This document shows, piece after piece, positions 8,262 to 17,729 of a DNA stretch of 64,000 nt (positions within the stretch are counted from its first letter, which is position 1; every line of letters begins with the position of its first letter). Source of the DNA: a virus. Lineage: Duplodnaviria; Caudoviricetes. The DNA is taken from IMG/VR virus record IMGVR_UViG_3300021256_000002, positions 128,001 to 192,000 of that record, one strand, 5' to 3'. The notes under the pieces were generated by a model that was not told where the DNA came from, searched no databases, and saw only the letters and a list, made by a program, of their open reading frames with translations. Position numbers and translations under genes: made by a program.

Positions 8262-8684
8262 ATGGCTAATTTATGTATTGAAGCAATTGATTTGAAACTC
8301 TGGGATGGTAAACGTCGTCCTGAGGAAGTTCAGAACAAGGATGTACGCTCTTGCACGATTTGTGAATGGGGTGATGATGTTCATAACCACATTTTCAAGT
8401 ACTTTGATAATGTATATAAGGAGCGCTATCATGTAAATGCTCCGGATGAATACGAAATGCGTGTGAGACCTAGTGATTTGGTTGACCTTGTCTTTACCAT
8501 GATGGATGCGTGGAAAGAGGATTTTACCGCAACCATCAATACCACCCGTAAATTACCAAATGATGACCACCATCGGTTGTTTGATTATCACTATAATATG
8601 ATGAGTAAGGATATTTATAATATCAAAGCTATCAAAGAAGCTGTTGATAATAAGCAGCCACTTGCAGTATTAAAAGTTGATTAA
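8262..8684 (+). CDS. Hypothetical protein
   Basis: 140 aa ORF with AAGGAGG SD. Confidence 0.65.
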   Translation: MANLCIEAIDLKLWDGKRRPEEVQNKDVRSCTICEWGDDVHNHIFKYFDNVYKERYHVNAPDEYEMRVRPSDLVDLVFTMMDAWKEDFTATINTTRKLPNDDHHRLFDYHYNMMSKDIYNIKAIKEAVDNKQPLAVLKVD

Positions 8685-8763
8685 TCTGCATTTGACCACG
8701 AGCATTATATGCTCGTGGTTTTTACCCATCTGCACAAAATAGTAAGCGATAAAAGGTTGAAAG

Positions 8764-9636
8764 TTGGTGAAATCAATGAGTGAATCTAAATATAATGAAC
8801 CATTCGACCCATCGTGGTATAATATCAGAGAACTTCCGTTGGATGAAGCTGTTAGAGTACCAATGGTCGAAATGTTCATTGATAAAGGACTTTATCCTGA
8901 GAATGCTCGGGAACTTACTGCATTGGTGATTGAAAGTAATCCATATATGATGATTCATAATGTTGAATCTTCATTGGAAAACGATGATGATATCATGCTT
9001 GAAACTTTTTTACATGCATATCAAGTTACTCATGGGAATACCGATCTCATGTTTGAAGCGTTGAGCTATGGTACACTTGATTATGCTTGCGAAGGTATAA
9101 TTGATAGACTTGCTGATACTGATACAGGTAAAGCTGTTCGTAGAGCAGCTAATACTGTAAAACATACAGTATCACCAGTTATTAGTGGATTAATTGATAC
9201 TGTGAATAATTTTGTTAAATGGGATGCTGAGAAAGATAGAGAGATGGTTATAACTGGTTCTTTCTTTTTGAAAGCTCGTTATCTCTTTAAGAAAATTCTC
9301 ATGTATTCTGTTGCAAGTTCTTTAGTATTATCTATACCTGCGCCAATTCTCCCTTTGATATTACTTAAGATTACTGGGTATATCGTTTTACCATTTTTAA
9401 AATGGAAAGAAATATTTGGTGCTGGATATAAGATGACTGCTGGTGATGGGTATATTGGCCCAGATAAAGTAAAGAATCGTGTAATTCAAGAATTGGAACT
9501 TGAACTCAAAATGACTCGGGAGAAAATCGATGATGCAAAAGCTGCTGGTGATAAGCAAGCAAAATATGCATTGATGAGAACCGAGAATAAAATTGAGTTG
9601 GAAATCACTCGAATCAAAACCCATGGTTTAGTATAA
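8764..9636 (+). CDS. Putative virion (head) protein with Glu-cleavage propeptide
   Basis: Late motif caca-aaatag-ta at 8733-8744; many hydrophobic-X-E sites (VIES, SLEN, MLET, MFEA); upstream of scaffold/capsid genes. Confidence 0.5.
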   Translation: MVKSMSESKYNEPFDPSWYNIRELPLDEAVRVPMVEMFIDKGLYPENARELTALVIESNPYMMIHNVESSLENDDDIMLETFLHAYQVTHGNTDLMFEALSYGTLDYACEGIIDRLADTDTGKAVRRAANTVKHTVSPVISGLIDTVNNFVKWDAEKDREMVITGSFFLKARYLFKKILMYSVASSLVLSIPAPILPLILLKITGYIVLPFLKWKEIFGAGYKMTAGDGYIGPDKVKNRVIQELELELKMTREKIDDAKAAGDKQAKYALMRTENKIELEITRIKTHGLV

Positions 9637-9655
9637 ATAGAAAGGAGGAACCATT

Positions 9656-10660
9656 ATGGACGATATGCTGATGCGAATGGTAATGGAAGCTGAAAATAGC
9701 CGTAAAAGAAATGCTCAACGTCAGCAAGATGATGGTCCAACTGATTATTCTGCAGATGTACCAGAACCAGACGATGATGGTACTGCCCAAAATGATGCTG
9801 GTGGAGATGAACCTATTGACTACAGTGCCGATGTGCCTGAACCTGATGATGATACATCTGGTGGTGAAGAAGGTGCTCCTCCAGAAGATCAAGGCGCTCC
9901 AGATGAAGGTCCAACTGATTACGGTGCAGATGTACCTTCTCCAGATGATGACCAAGGTGCAGGGGATGAACCACCTCCTGAACAAGCAGGTGATGATGCT
10001 CAAGCTCCAGCGCCAGATGATACTGGTGGAGGAGATGCTCCTGCAGATGATGGACCTACGGATTATGGAGCAGATGTTCCTAGTCCAGATGGAGATGATG
10101 CTCAAGGTGGTGAAGAAAGTGCTCCTCCAGCAGAAGGAGACCAAGAACAACCGCCTGCTCCAGACCAAGGTGATGGTGGACAACCTCCAGCTGATGGTCA
10201 AGATCAAGGAGGTGGAGATGCTCCTGCTGAAGGAGATGACCAAGCTCAACCGGATGATGGTTCAGATGAGTTTGGCGCTCCAGCAGAAGACCCTGCTCCT
10301 GGTGAACTAAGCGATGATGATAAAGTTGTAATCGGGTTTACTCTCGAACGTGACTTTATTCGTTTATATAAAGATATACGTACGTATATCAGAAAAATCC
10401 AAGATGCTCAAAGAGAGACTATTTTGGCTGCCGTGGTCTCTGATATTGTTATTACTAATCTTGAGAAGATTAGGGAAATGACATATCATTACATTATCTT
10501 TGAATTTGATCATGCTAGTTATGAAGAAGCGTTATTTAATTTCAATTATATCATTGAAATGGTTAGGCGAAATCTTGCAATGATTAAGACAGTTAAAGAC
10601 GCTGAAGAAAAAGCAAACAAATTGAAAGATAAGAGTTCAAAGACCTCAACATCTAAGTAA
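9656..10660 (+). CDS. Acidic repeat protein, probable prohead scaffold/core protein
   Basis: Directly upstream of the capsid gene; D/G/P/A-rich with four P(T/I)DY(S/G)ADVP(E/S)PD repeats and a helical C-terminus. Confidence 0.55.
   Translation: MDDMLMRMVMEAENSRKRNAQRQQDDGPTDYSADVPEPDDDGTAQNDAGGDEPIDYSADVPEPDDDTSGGEEGAPPEDQGAPDEGPTDYGADVPSPDDDQGAGDEPPPEQAGDDAQAPAPDDTGGGDAPADDGPTDYGADVPSPDGDDAQGGEESAPPAEGDQEQPPAPDQGDGGQPPADGQDQGGGDAPAEGDDQAQPDDGSDEFGAPAEDPAPGELSDDDKVVIGFTLERDFIRLYKDIRTYIRKIQDAQRETILAAVVSDIVITNLEKIREMTYHYIIFEFDHASYEEALFNFNYIIEMVRRNLAMIKTVKDAEEKANKLKDKSSKTSTSK
10648..10659 (+). promoter_or_regulatory. Late-type promoter AACA-N6-TA of the major capsid gene
   Basis: aaca-tctaag-ta ending 28 nt before the ATG. 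Confidence 0.6.
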
Positions 10661-10687
10661 AAACTAATTAGAAAGGATGTGTCCTGA

Positions 10688-12535
10688 ATGTCTAAATTAT
10701 ATCAGGATATTTACGATCCTCAGCTCCAGGTTACTGAGTGCGTTGGATCGTTTACTTCTGTTGATAAAGACCATGACTTTAAGGCATGTGTGAAAGACAC
10801 TTATGAGCATTTTATGCACGGCCTCAATGTTGACCCCTACAGCAATATGAAAACAATCCTCATGAATGAAGGATATTATGCCCAGTTCAAAAATATGCTG
10901 TATGGCGATGTAACTGAAGCCTCTCAGCCGACCAGTTATGGTGCCTTCGGACAGAATGCTGCAAATGGCCAGAATGACGAATATGTTGCTCTGCACGCTG
11001 ATAAATTGGAACGCCTGCTTGAGAATACCCGTCAGGTAATTCTTCAGGAATCTTCCACGGCTGGTGTGTTGGAACCGATCGTTGGCTTGACGATGCCGCT
11101 TCTGAAGAAGGAATACATTACCAACCAGTTCAAGGATATGCTCCAGGTAATGGTTGCACCGAAACCGATCATTCGTTATGCATATGAACGGCGCTTCATG
11201 AAGAATGAAAACGGGGACAAGATGTTCTTCCCGGAATGCTTCTATGACGGCTCCTATGCAGAATTCACGGATGCAACTATCGGTAAGCCCATTTCCAGCG
11301 AATGGTATCCGAAAGCAGGCGGTTCTCTGCCTCTGGTTGATCTGAATATGCTCGAAGAGAGCGGCGGTTCTCTGAAGACCCGTGACGCTCTGGGCTATGA
11401 CTTCTGCATTGACGCTGTGAAACTCGATGTTGCAAATGATACTGCAACTGAAGAAGTTATCATTGAAGGCGTTAATCTGAAACCTGACTATGCATCCCGT
11501 ACGTTCCGTCAGGAAATTCCGGTTAAATCCAAGAAGACCGGCGATGATACGGTTTACAACGTACAGATTTTCGGTATGGTTGATTTCTATACTGGTATCG
11601 TTACGGTTACGGCTGTATCTTCTGATGCTACGGTAATCACTCCGACTGGTATTCGCTTTGGCGGTCATCTGTCCAACGCAAACAACGATATCGTTGTTGA
11701 GTTCGATAAAGAACGTCACAATGAGCAGATCACCATCGCTGAGAAAGAACGCTTCAACATCGGCTTGACTCTGGAAAAGATTCAGGATGAAAAAGCGCTC
11801 ACGAACAGTGATGTGACGTCTGAACTCGTTGCTGATATGGCTGATATCTGCTCTCAGACGGCTGACTCCAATACGCAGCGCATGCTGGAAAATTCCTTCA
11901 ACAAGACGAAGGTAATTCAGACGACTCGTATCTTCCAGCCGATGGGCTATACGTTCAAGTTTGCTGATGAATACGAATTCGACCTGTCTGCTCCCAGCAC
12001 GTACATGATTCCGGAATCCCAGTGGAGATCCGACCAGCTCCGTTACTACTTCGGCCGCGTGATCAGCTATCTGAAAACCAAGCTGCATGACGAACGCGTT
12101 ATGTTCGCAATCTCTGCAAATAGCTTCGTTATCGAAATGCTGTCCGCTACGACGACTAACGGCGTTCGCTGGGTACTCGATTCTGGCTCTAACATCGGTG
12201 GTGTAAAGCTGGATTACAAGTTCGGTGTTATGACCGTTGATGGTACTCGCCTGCACATCGTTGCAACGCAGAAAGAAACCATCGAAAAGGGCTTCCGTAT
12301 TGTTGCTATTCCGCTGACGGATACTGTTATCACGTACCGTAAGTACGAATATAGCTTCAATATCGAAACGAACTATCGTAACAAGCTCACTCCGAATACG
12401 CCGAACATCATGGGCGTTCAGCGCTATGAATTCCTTGAAGTTCTGCCGTTCCAGAGCTGCTTGTTCATCAAACAGTATCGTGAAGGTAACTTCGGCTTCA
12501 TGCCGTCCGACATCTATCCGGTTAGCGGCCTGTAA
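10688..12535 (+). CDS. Major capsid protein precursor (jumbo phage type)
   Basis: 615 aa; strongest codon bias in the window; propeptide ending near LLEN/ILQES; C-terminal YRNKLTPNTPNIM resembling phiKZ/AR9-type MCPs; UUCG terminator after it. Confidence 0.8.
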   Translation: MSKLYQDIYDPQLQVTECVGSFTSVDKDHDFKACVKDTYEHFMHGLNVDPYSNMKTILMNEGYYAQFKNMLYGDVTEASQPTSYGAFGQNAANGQNDEYVALHADKLERLLENTRQVILQESSTAGVLEPIVGLTMPLLKKEYITNQFKDMLQVMVAPKPIIRYAYERRFMKNENGDKMFFPECFYDGSYAEFTDATIGKPISSEWYPKAGGSLPLVDLNMLEESGGSLKTRDALGYDFCIDAVKLDVANDTATEEVIIEGVNLKPDYASRTFRQEIPVKSKKTGDDTVYNVQIFGMVDFYTGIVTVTAVSSDATVITPTGIRFGGHLSNANNDIVVEFDKERHNEQITIAEKERFNIGLTLEKIQDEKALTNSDVTSELVADMADICSQTADSNTQRMLENSFNKTKVIQTTRIFQPMGYTFKFADEYEFDLSAPSTYMIPESQWRSDQLRYYFGRVISYLKTKLHDERVMFAISANSFVIEMLSATTTNGVRWVLDSGSNIGGVKLDYKFGVMTVDGTRLHIVATQKETIEKGFRIVAIPLTDTVITYRKYEYSFNIETNYRNKLTPNTPNIMGVQRYEFLEVLPFQSCLFIKQYREGNFGFMPSDIYPVSGL

Positions 12536-12546
12536 GATGAGATTTC

Positions 12547-12578
12547 AATCCAGTAAGCTTCGGCTTACTGGATTTTTT
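12547..12578 (+). terminator. Intrinsic terminator (UUCG loop); near-duplicate at 13531-13563
   Basis: aatccagtaagc-ttcg-gcttactggatttttt. Confidence 0.85.
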
Positions 12579-12605
12579 ATTGCTAAAATGAAAGGAATGA
12601 GATAA

Positions 12606-13520
12606 ATGTTTGACGATTATGATTTCATAACGGAAATGCTATATCAGGATATATGTGAATCTGGTAACACTCCAAAAGGTCGTAGACTGATAAATGCTAG
12701 TGCTAAACGAAACGGTGATTATTTATCACACACCGTCGGTAAAATGGTTGGAATGCAAGTAGCTAGTTATTTGACACCAAGTAAACGTGAAGAAGTTGAC
12801 AACCAAACCAAGAATTTTATAGAGCCACAAAAAAGAAAACTTAAGGTCGCTGAAAAAAATGTAAAGAATGCAGCTAAACGATTAGGGAAGGAACCCAGTT
12901 CATATTTAAGTAAACCTAAAATAGTTAAATCTGCGATTCGCCAAGCTGGACTCAGCGCATTTAGTGCAGCTGTAAAAAAATCAAGAGCAGATCGTCTTGA
13001 TGATGTGAATGAAGCAGCGGATTATTATTTCGCTACTTTGATGGAAGATCTTGGTCATCCTGTATTGGAGAAATCAACCTTCTTGAATAGACACAATGCG
13101 ACTGCATTGGTAGATAATATGACCCGTAAAGAATTCTATATCACCTTTGATGGTAAAGAGAAAAAGACTGTCCATTTCTCTAAGACCTTTATGGGTGCAA
13201 TGGATGAATTCGTGAAGCGTGAATGTTCTCAGGGTAAACCTGAAGCAGTAAATCGTTGGAGACCATTACCTGGTCATCACGAATTCAGAAACCAAGCTTG
13301 GTATGATAAGAATAAGGATAGAACTGTATATGTATGGACGTATTGGACTGCTGGTGGATTCATTGGTAGTTTGATAATTAATCCAATTATTATGCAGGTT
13401 CTCGACCCTGCAGATTATCGTGCTAAAGAAGTGGAACGTAAAGTTGATAGTAGAAGCTCATGCCAGAAGACTACTCTCAAAGCAGTTATCCACAAAGCAA
13501 ATGCTTTGTTAACTCAGTAA
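12606..13520 (+). CDS. Putative internal head protein
   Basis: Acidic leaders ending in X-X-E (ICES, VNEA, VLEK) followed by basic segments; downstream of the capsid gene. Confidence 0.45.
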   Translation: MFDDYDFITEMLYQDICESGNTPKGRRLINASAKRNGDYLSHTVGKMVGMQVASYLTPSKREEVDNQTKNFIEPQKRKLKVAEKNVKNAAKRLGKEPSSYLSKPKIVKSAIRQAGLSAFSAAVKKSRADRLDDVNEAADYYFATLMEDLGHPVLEKSTFLNRHNATALVDNMTRKEFYITFDGKEKKTVHFSKTFMGAMDEFVKRECSQGKPEAVNRWRPLPGHHEFRNQAWYDKNKDRTVYVWTYWTAGGFIGSLIINPIIMQVLDPADYRAKEVERKVDSRSSCQKTTLKAVIHKANALLTQ

Positions 13521-13530
13521 GATTGTAAGT

Positions 13531-13563
13531 AATCCAGTAAGCATTTAAGCTTACTGGATTTTT
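13531..13563 (+). terminator. Intrinsic terminator, duplicate stem of 12547-12578
   Basis: aatccagtaagc-atttaa-gcttactggattttt. Confidence 0.8.
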
Positions 13564-13661
13564 AACGTTATCGGTTATCGAAAATATCGAAAATTATGTC
13601 TCCGATAAAGAGACCGGCCAAAATGCATATCCAAAAACTCATCATAAACCACCCCTTGGTA

Positions 13662-13853
13662 TTAACTCTTTGATAAGTCAACGATCAACTCATTTGGGAT
13701 AATCGCAAATGGTTCAGTTATCTTGAATTTGCCAAGAATATCTCGTACCTGTACGGCTAAACGGATTTTCTCTTCATACCTTAAGTTACGTATATCTATG
13801 GCTTTAAGGCATAAATGTATAGCTTTTATGATATTCTTTTTTCTGATATACAT
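13662..13853 (-). CDS. Small hypothetical protein
   Basis: 63 aa, last gene of a tightly packed minus-strand cluster, SD present. Confidence 0.55.
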   Translation of the reverse strand: MYIRKKNIIKAIHLCLKAIDIRNLRYEEKIRLAVQVRDILGKFKITEPFAIIPNELIVDLSKS

Positions 13854-13856
13854 TTC

Positions 13857-14333
13857 TTACTCCTCGTCTAAATGATTCATATAATATTCACGCGCTTTAT
13901 CCATTGCATTCTGGGCGGATTCTTCTGCTTTGCGCTTTCTTTCCTCTTCTTCTTTTATCTTAGCAGCTTCCTCTGCCCGTGCAGCTTTCCTTTTAGCTTC
14001 AAACATTTTGTCAAACTCGTCTTTCCGCTCGTTTACAGTACTGAGATATGATAAATGTTCATCAAGTTCATTACTTTCAACTACACGGATTTCACTAATG
14101 AATATCACATCAGGATTATCATACATATACCTGCAAGCACCTTCGTTATAACCGAATACGTAATCATTGAAGGTCATATTCCCTAGCAGATCTAATTCAG
14201 ATGTAGATAAAGTATTAAGCTTTGCTTTAACTTTCTTAGCATCTTCTAAATGATCGCATGTAGTTATGATGAAGTATCCAGGGGCTCCTCCATCAATAAG
14301 AGTTTCGCAGCATACCGCGTATACCTTTTTCAC
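13857..14333 (-). CDS. Hypothetical protein, paralog of 14330-14806
   Basis: Shares MKKxYAVCCxTxIDGGxPGYxIITTC and DKxREYYM with its neighbour. Confidence 0.75.
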   Translation of the reverse strand: MKKVYAVCCETLIDGGAPGYFIITTCDHLEDAKKVKAKLNTLSTSELDLLGNMTFNDYVFGYNEGACRYMYDNPDVIFISEIRVVESNELDEHLSYLSTVNERKDEFDKMFEAKRKAARAEEAAKIKEEEERKRKAEESAQNAMDKAREYYMNHLDEE

Positions 14334-14806
14334 ACATCGTCCCTCCAGAACTCAAGTTCATGCATATAATACTCTCTACTTTTGTCGAGAATATGTTGAG
14401 CTTTCTTATTTCGCTCTTCTTTTATACGTTTTTCCTTTTCATCGGCTCGTCTGATTTCTTCAAGCTTTTGCTCTTTGATAGCAGCAATTTTCTCATCACG
14501 AGCTTCCTTTCTTTTGGATACATCTTTTAAATATGATATATGACTATCAATTTCACAATCTTCGACTATGCTAATTGGTGTAATAAAGAATATAGGGGAG
14601 GTCCTACCCACTATCTTATTACAGCCAAACGTATATCGATTAAGCGTAATATCTCCTAACAACATAGTTTCGGATAACGATAGTGCTTTGAGTTTATTTT
14701 CAACTTTTTTAGCACTATCTAGGCTCGTGCATGTTGTTATTATAATATATCCTGGAGTACCTCCATCTATTGTAGTTCTACAACAAACAGCATATGCCTT
14801 TTTCAT
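14330..14806 (-). CDS. Hypothetical protein, paralog of 13857-14333
   Basis: Same length (158 aa) and shared N- and C-terminal motifs. Confidence 0.75.
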   Translation of the reverse strand: MKKAYAVCCRTTIDGGTPGYIIITTCTSLDSAKKVENKLKALSLSETMLLGDITLNRYTFGCNKIVGRTSPIFFITPISIVEDCEIDSHISYLKDVSKRKEARDEKIAAIKEQKLEEIRRADEKEKRIKEERNKKAQHILDKSREYYMHELEFWRDDV

Positions 14807-14828
14807 ACTAATCCTCCATAAAATATAA

Positions 14829-15053
14829 TTACCACGTGCTCTTATTATTAAGACTTGAATATCTACGAAGATTGCTAGTCAAAGCATTCTTATTAAGCAT
14901 AGGCATTTCTAAGCTAACGATAGGAGAATAATTTTCACTTAAAAATTTCATCCCTTCTTTGAGACCCTCTGGTACACAATCAGCTAATTTTCTAGCTTTC
15001 TTAAGGGCAATCTTTCTTTTGAACATTTCATTTCTTCCTTTCCATGTATTCAT
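14829..15053 (-). CDS. Small hypothetical protein
   Basis: Likely start MFKRKIAL; N-terminus similar to 15060-15302. Confidence 0.5.
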   Translation of the reverse strand: MNTWKGRNEMFKRKIALKKARKLADCVPEGLKEGMKFLSENYSPIVSLEMPMLNKNALTSNLRRYSSLNNKSTW

Positions 15054-15059
15054 GCTGAA

Positions 15060-15302
15060 TTATTCCTTGAATCTCGGTTTACCGTATTCGTTGATTAAAT
15101 CATCCCAAGTCTTAAATACATAATTATCCTTGTTAGGTCCATGATTAGAAAAAAGATTCTTGATTCTATTTGCTTGGGGTATAGGTGTAATATCAACAAC
15201 TTCAACATGTAATGCTCTACCTACAAGCCTTTTCGCTTTAATAAGATTTATCTGCCTTTTAAACATCCAACTTCTTCCTTTCTGACCATTCATGTGATTC
15301 AT
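15060..15302 (-). CDS. Small hypothetical protein
   Basis: Likely start MFKRQINL after an aaggaag SD. Confidence 0.5.
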   Translation of the reverse strand: MNHMNGQKGRSWMFKRQINLIKAKRLVGRALHVEVVDITPIPQANRIKNLFSNHGPNKDNYVFKTWDDLINEYGKPRFKE

Positions 15303-15441
15303 TCAGCCAATAACCAAATGCTTTGTCTGGATTTTCTATAGATTTCACTGGACCTTCATAATGCTCTATATAGCTTTGAATGATGCTTTCTTCAGGTATC
15401 ATTTCGGAAGCTTTTTTAAGCATTTTATCACGTGTGTTCAT
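15259..15441 (-). CDS. Small hypothetical protein
   Basis: 60 aa ORF in the packed cluster. Confidence 0.5.
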   Translation of the reverse strand: MNTRDKMLKKASEMIPEESIIQSYIEHYEGPVKSIENPDKAFGYWLNESHEWSERKKLDV

Positions 15442-15450
15442 ATTGACAGT

Positions 15451-15735
15451 TCAACCTTTCCCACTGATCATAGAAACGATTATCTGAATATTATCAATAT
15501 ACATCACTCCGTGATGATACTGGAGCACGATATTCAATGCTGGTATAGAATTATCTTTATCAAATAACCATTTTGTTTTCTGGAATACTTCATCTGGAGT
15601 CATTTTCTTAACCTTTTCGATTGTTTCATCAGCGGTTTGCTGATCATAATCGTCGAATACAGACAATACGAAATCTCTATTCGTGTCATTGATTGTTATA
15701 GTTCGTCTAATTTTATTCATTTCTATCCCCTTCAT
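15451..15735 (-). CDS. Hypothetical protein, paralog of 15713-16054
   Basis: Shared SVxDxxDxxTA...KTxW...LxxxxQYHHG motif. Confidence 0.7.
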   Translation of the reverse strand: MKGIEMNKIRRTITINDTNRDFVLSVFDDYDQQTADETIEKVKKMTPDEVFQKTKWLFDKDNSIPALNIVLQYHHGVMYIDNIQIIVSMISGKG

Positions 15736-16054
15736 TTACACATTTAACAATCTTGCCTAAGGTAACTATAACTAGAACTTTATCAATAACTATTATACCA
15801 TGATGGTATTGAAATGCAAGATCTGGATATCCAGTCCGTTTATCAAGTTCGCTTACTTCAATCCAGTTAGTTTTCTTAACGATCTCATCTGATGAAAGAG
15901 CTTTGATCCTACACATTACTTCTTTAGCGGTTTCATCATCTACCGTATCTAGTACCGATATAGTGATAACCCTGCTTCCTTCATTGATGATATGAGATTC
16001 CTTGATATTAATTGCTGTTTTACACATTTTTATCATCCCACCTTTATGTAGCAA
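15713..16054 (-). CDS. Hypothetical protein, paralog of 15451-15735
   Basis: QYHHG motif; likely start near 16027-16036. Confidence 0.7.
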   Translation of the reverse strand: MLHKGGMIKMCKTAINIKESHIINEGSRVITISVLDTVDDETAKEVMCRIKALSSDEIVKKTNWIEVSELDKRTGYPDLAFQYHHGIIVIDKVLVIVTLGKIVKCVNEGDRNE

Positions 16055-16194
16055 GGAGCCCCTTCGCGGGTCTCTATAATACTAGCTCTTTTATATCGTT
16101 TTGGGTCATATGATTCAACGGTATCTTCTGCGTATGTTCTATTGGTCGTTATAAGCCTAATTACGCCATCTACAACTACCATATATAATATCAT
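16033..16194 (-). CDS. 53-aa hypothetical protein (absent from ORF track)
   Basis: gaaaggatg SD; MILYMVVVDGVIRLITTNRTYAEDTVESYDPKRYKRASIIETREGAPCYIKVG; stop overlaps the start region of the next gene. Confidence 0.55.
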   Translation of the reverse strand: MILYMVVVDGVIRLITTNRTYAEDTVESYDPKRYKRASIIETREGAPCYIKVG

Positions 16195-16342
16195 ATTCCC
16201 ACATCCTTTCTTTTAAATAAGAAGTTTTCCTAAAAGTTAAGAAATATGAATATATATTATATTGGTAGCCAACGAGAAAGTCATAACCAAGAGTAAGAGT
16301 TGTGAATCGCTCGATTTCTATGTTCCGAAGGAGGAATCTGCC

Positions 16343-16738
16343 ATGGCTAACAACAACGAAACCCTCGAGATCACCACCAACCAGGACATTGCTGATGTCT
16401 TGGTCAACCTTGCGTCCGACCTAGAGGAACAAGGCAACTTTGTTGCCCCTCTGCTCAAAAATGATACGGCCGGAGCTAAGTTGGTCTTAGAAAAGCCGAC
16501 ATTCACCCTGATGGAGGTTAGCGGCCTTCTGCAGGACATCGCGGATCGGCTCCGTGAACTGGGTCCAACCGAAGCATGGAAACCTCGGCTAGTAGTCGAA
16601 GGTCCTCGAGAAGGGGACAACATCATCCCGCGGTTTGCGACACTCGCATCCAAAGAGTGCGCCCATGACATTTCGGTAGATGAATATGCGAAGGAAGGGG
16701 GTGAACATTTCGAGCAGTTCACGCTCGAGCTCAAGTAA
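16343..16738 (+). CDS. Early hypothetical protein (GC-rich, acidic)
   Basis: Early motif at 16247-16261, AAGGAGG SD before ATG 16343, terminator 16740-16779. Confidence 0.7.
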   Translation: MANNNETLEITTNQDIADVLVNLASDLEEQGNFVAPLLKNDTAGAKLVLEKPTFTLMEVSGLLQDIADRLRELGPTEAWKPRLVVEGPREGDNIIPRFATLASKECAHDISVDEYAKEGGEHFEQFTLELK

Positions 16739-16807
16739 GAAAAGAAAGCAACCGGAACGGAATCCGGTTGCTTTCTTTTCTTTTATTTCTTGAAAGTATC
16801 GATACTT

Positions 16808-17122
16808 TTATCGCGTACTATCATCATCATATTCGCGGGCTTTTTGATTTGCAGTCTGACGGAATTCGCGCCGTTTTGCTTTGTTGGCTCGAATATTTGC
16901 CCTAAAACTACTTCTCATATGGGCCTGGTTTCTATCTTCTAACCATTTTTTCTTATCTGGGTCATCATACTCAGATTTTTGGGCTTGGTATCCTAATCCA
17001 CGATCGGACATACGCGTTGCGAGATTCCCCCATTTGTCAGAGGAAAAGTTTTTACCAAACTCTAATACTTCTGCTAGGGAGTTATAAATAAATAATAAAT
17101 CGATAGAGAAATTCTATACGAT
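16808..17122 (-). pseudogene. Decayed paralog of the 17231 head-protein gene (5' end broken)
   Basis: Frame extends upstream of 17011 as NSLAEVLEF (cf. NESLAEVMEM in 17231); SD aaggag followed by ATC GTA TAG instead of a start. Confidence 0.5.
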
Positions 17123-17230
17123 GTTGATAGCTCCTTATTCAAAAATTGCAGTACAAAATAATTATCGGCTTACACTACATCGCGTTTTAAACTACCAAGA
17201 CAAAATAGAAAGACTTTTACTGAAAGGAAG

Positions 17231-17608
17231 TTGAATAAAATGTACAATATCTACGATGATTTTGAGAGAGTAAATGAATCTCTAGCAGAAGTAATGGAGA
17301 TGTCTCCAGATAAATTGCAAAGAGCCGCTGATGCAGCTAGTGATAAAGCTGATGCATATGGTGAAATTGCGCATGATGCAGGTAATCGTTTTTCTAGATT
17401 AACTGATTATGGTGCACATCCGGATAGAATTCATTATCCATCTGGATTAACTGGCCATGATCTTAGAAAGATTAAGAAGAACGCCCAAGAAATTGAAACT
17501 CGCAAGAATCAGCAGCATGAGCGTTTCCTTGATGCACGCGATAAAGCATCGCGCCGCGATACTATTAAGGGATTGCGCTCTGGCAGCAAACGTTACAACT
17601 TGATTTAA
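17231..17608 (+). CDS. Putative internal head protein
   Basis: Short acidic leader ending VNES/VMEM followed by a basic helical region, like T4 internal proteins; likely ATG at 17240. Confidence 0.5.
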   Translation: MNKMYNIYDDFERVNESLAEVMEMSPDKLQRAADAASDKADAYGEIAHDAGNRFSRLTDYGAHPDRIHYPSGLTGHDLRKIKKNAQEIETRKNQQHERFLDARDKASRRDTIKGLRSGSKRYNLI

Positions 17609-17729
17609 GTTAAATAACCATAATGGATGTAGGAATCGATTAATTTCGATTCCTACATTTTGTAACGATATAAATCAATCCAGTTGACAAAATCGTAATG
17701 AAAATGATACCTGAAAGGGGTTAACGAAT

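Noticed and set aside
10697-12256. Long antisense ORF (519 aa); likewise 26401-28395, 45750-47264, 37438-38451, 39905-40636 and 57412-58194
   Set aside because: Shadow frames of highly biased real genes on the opposite strand; no SD, promoter or recognisable motifs
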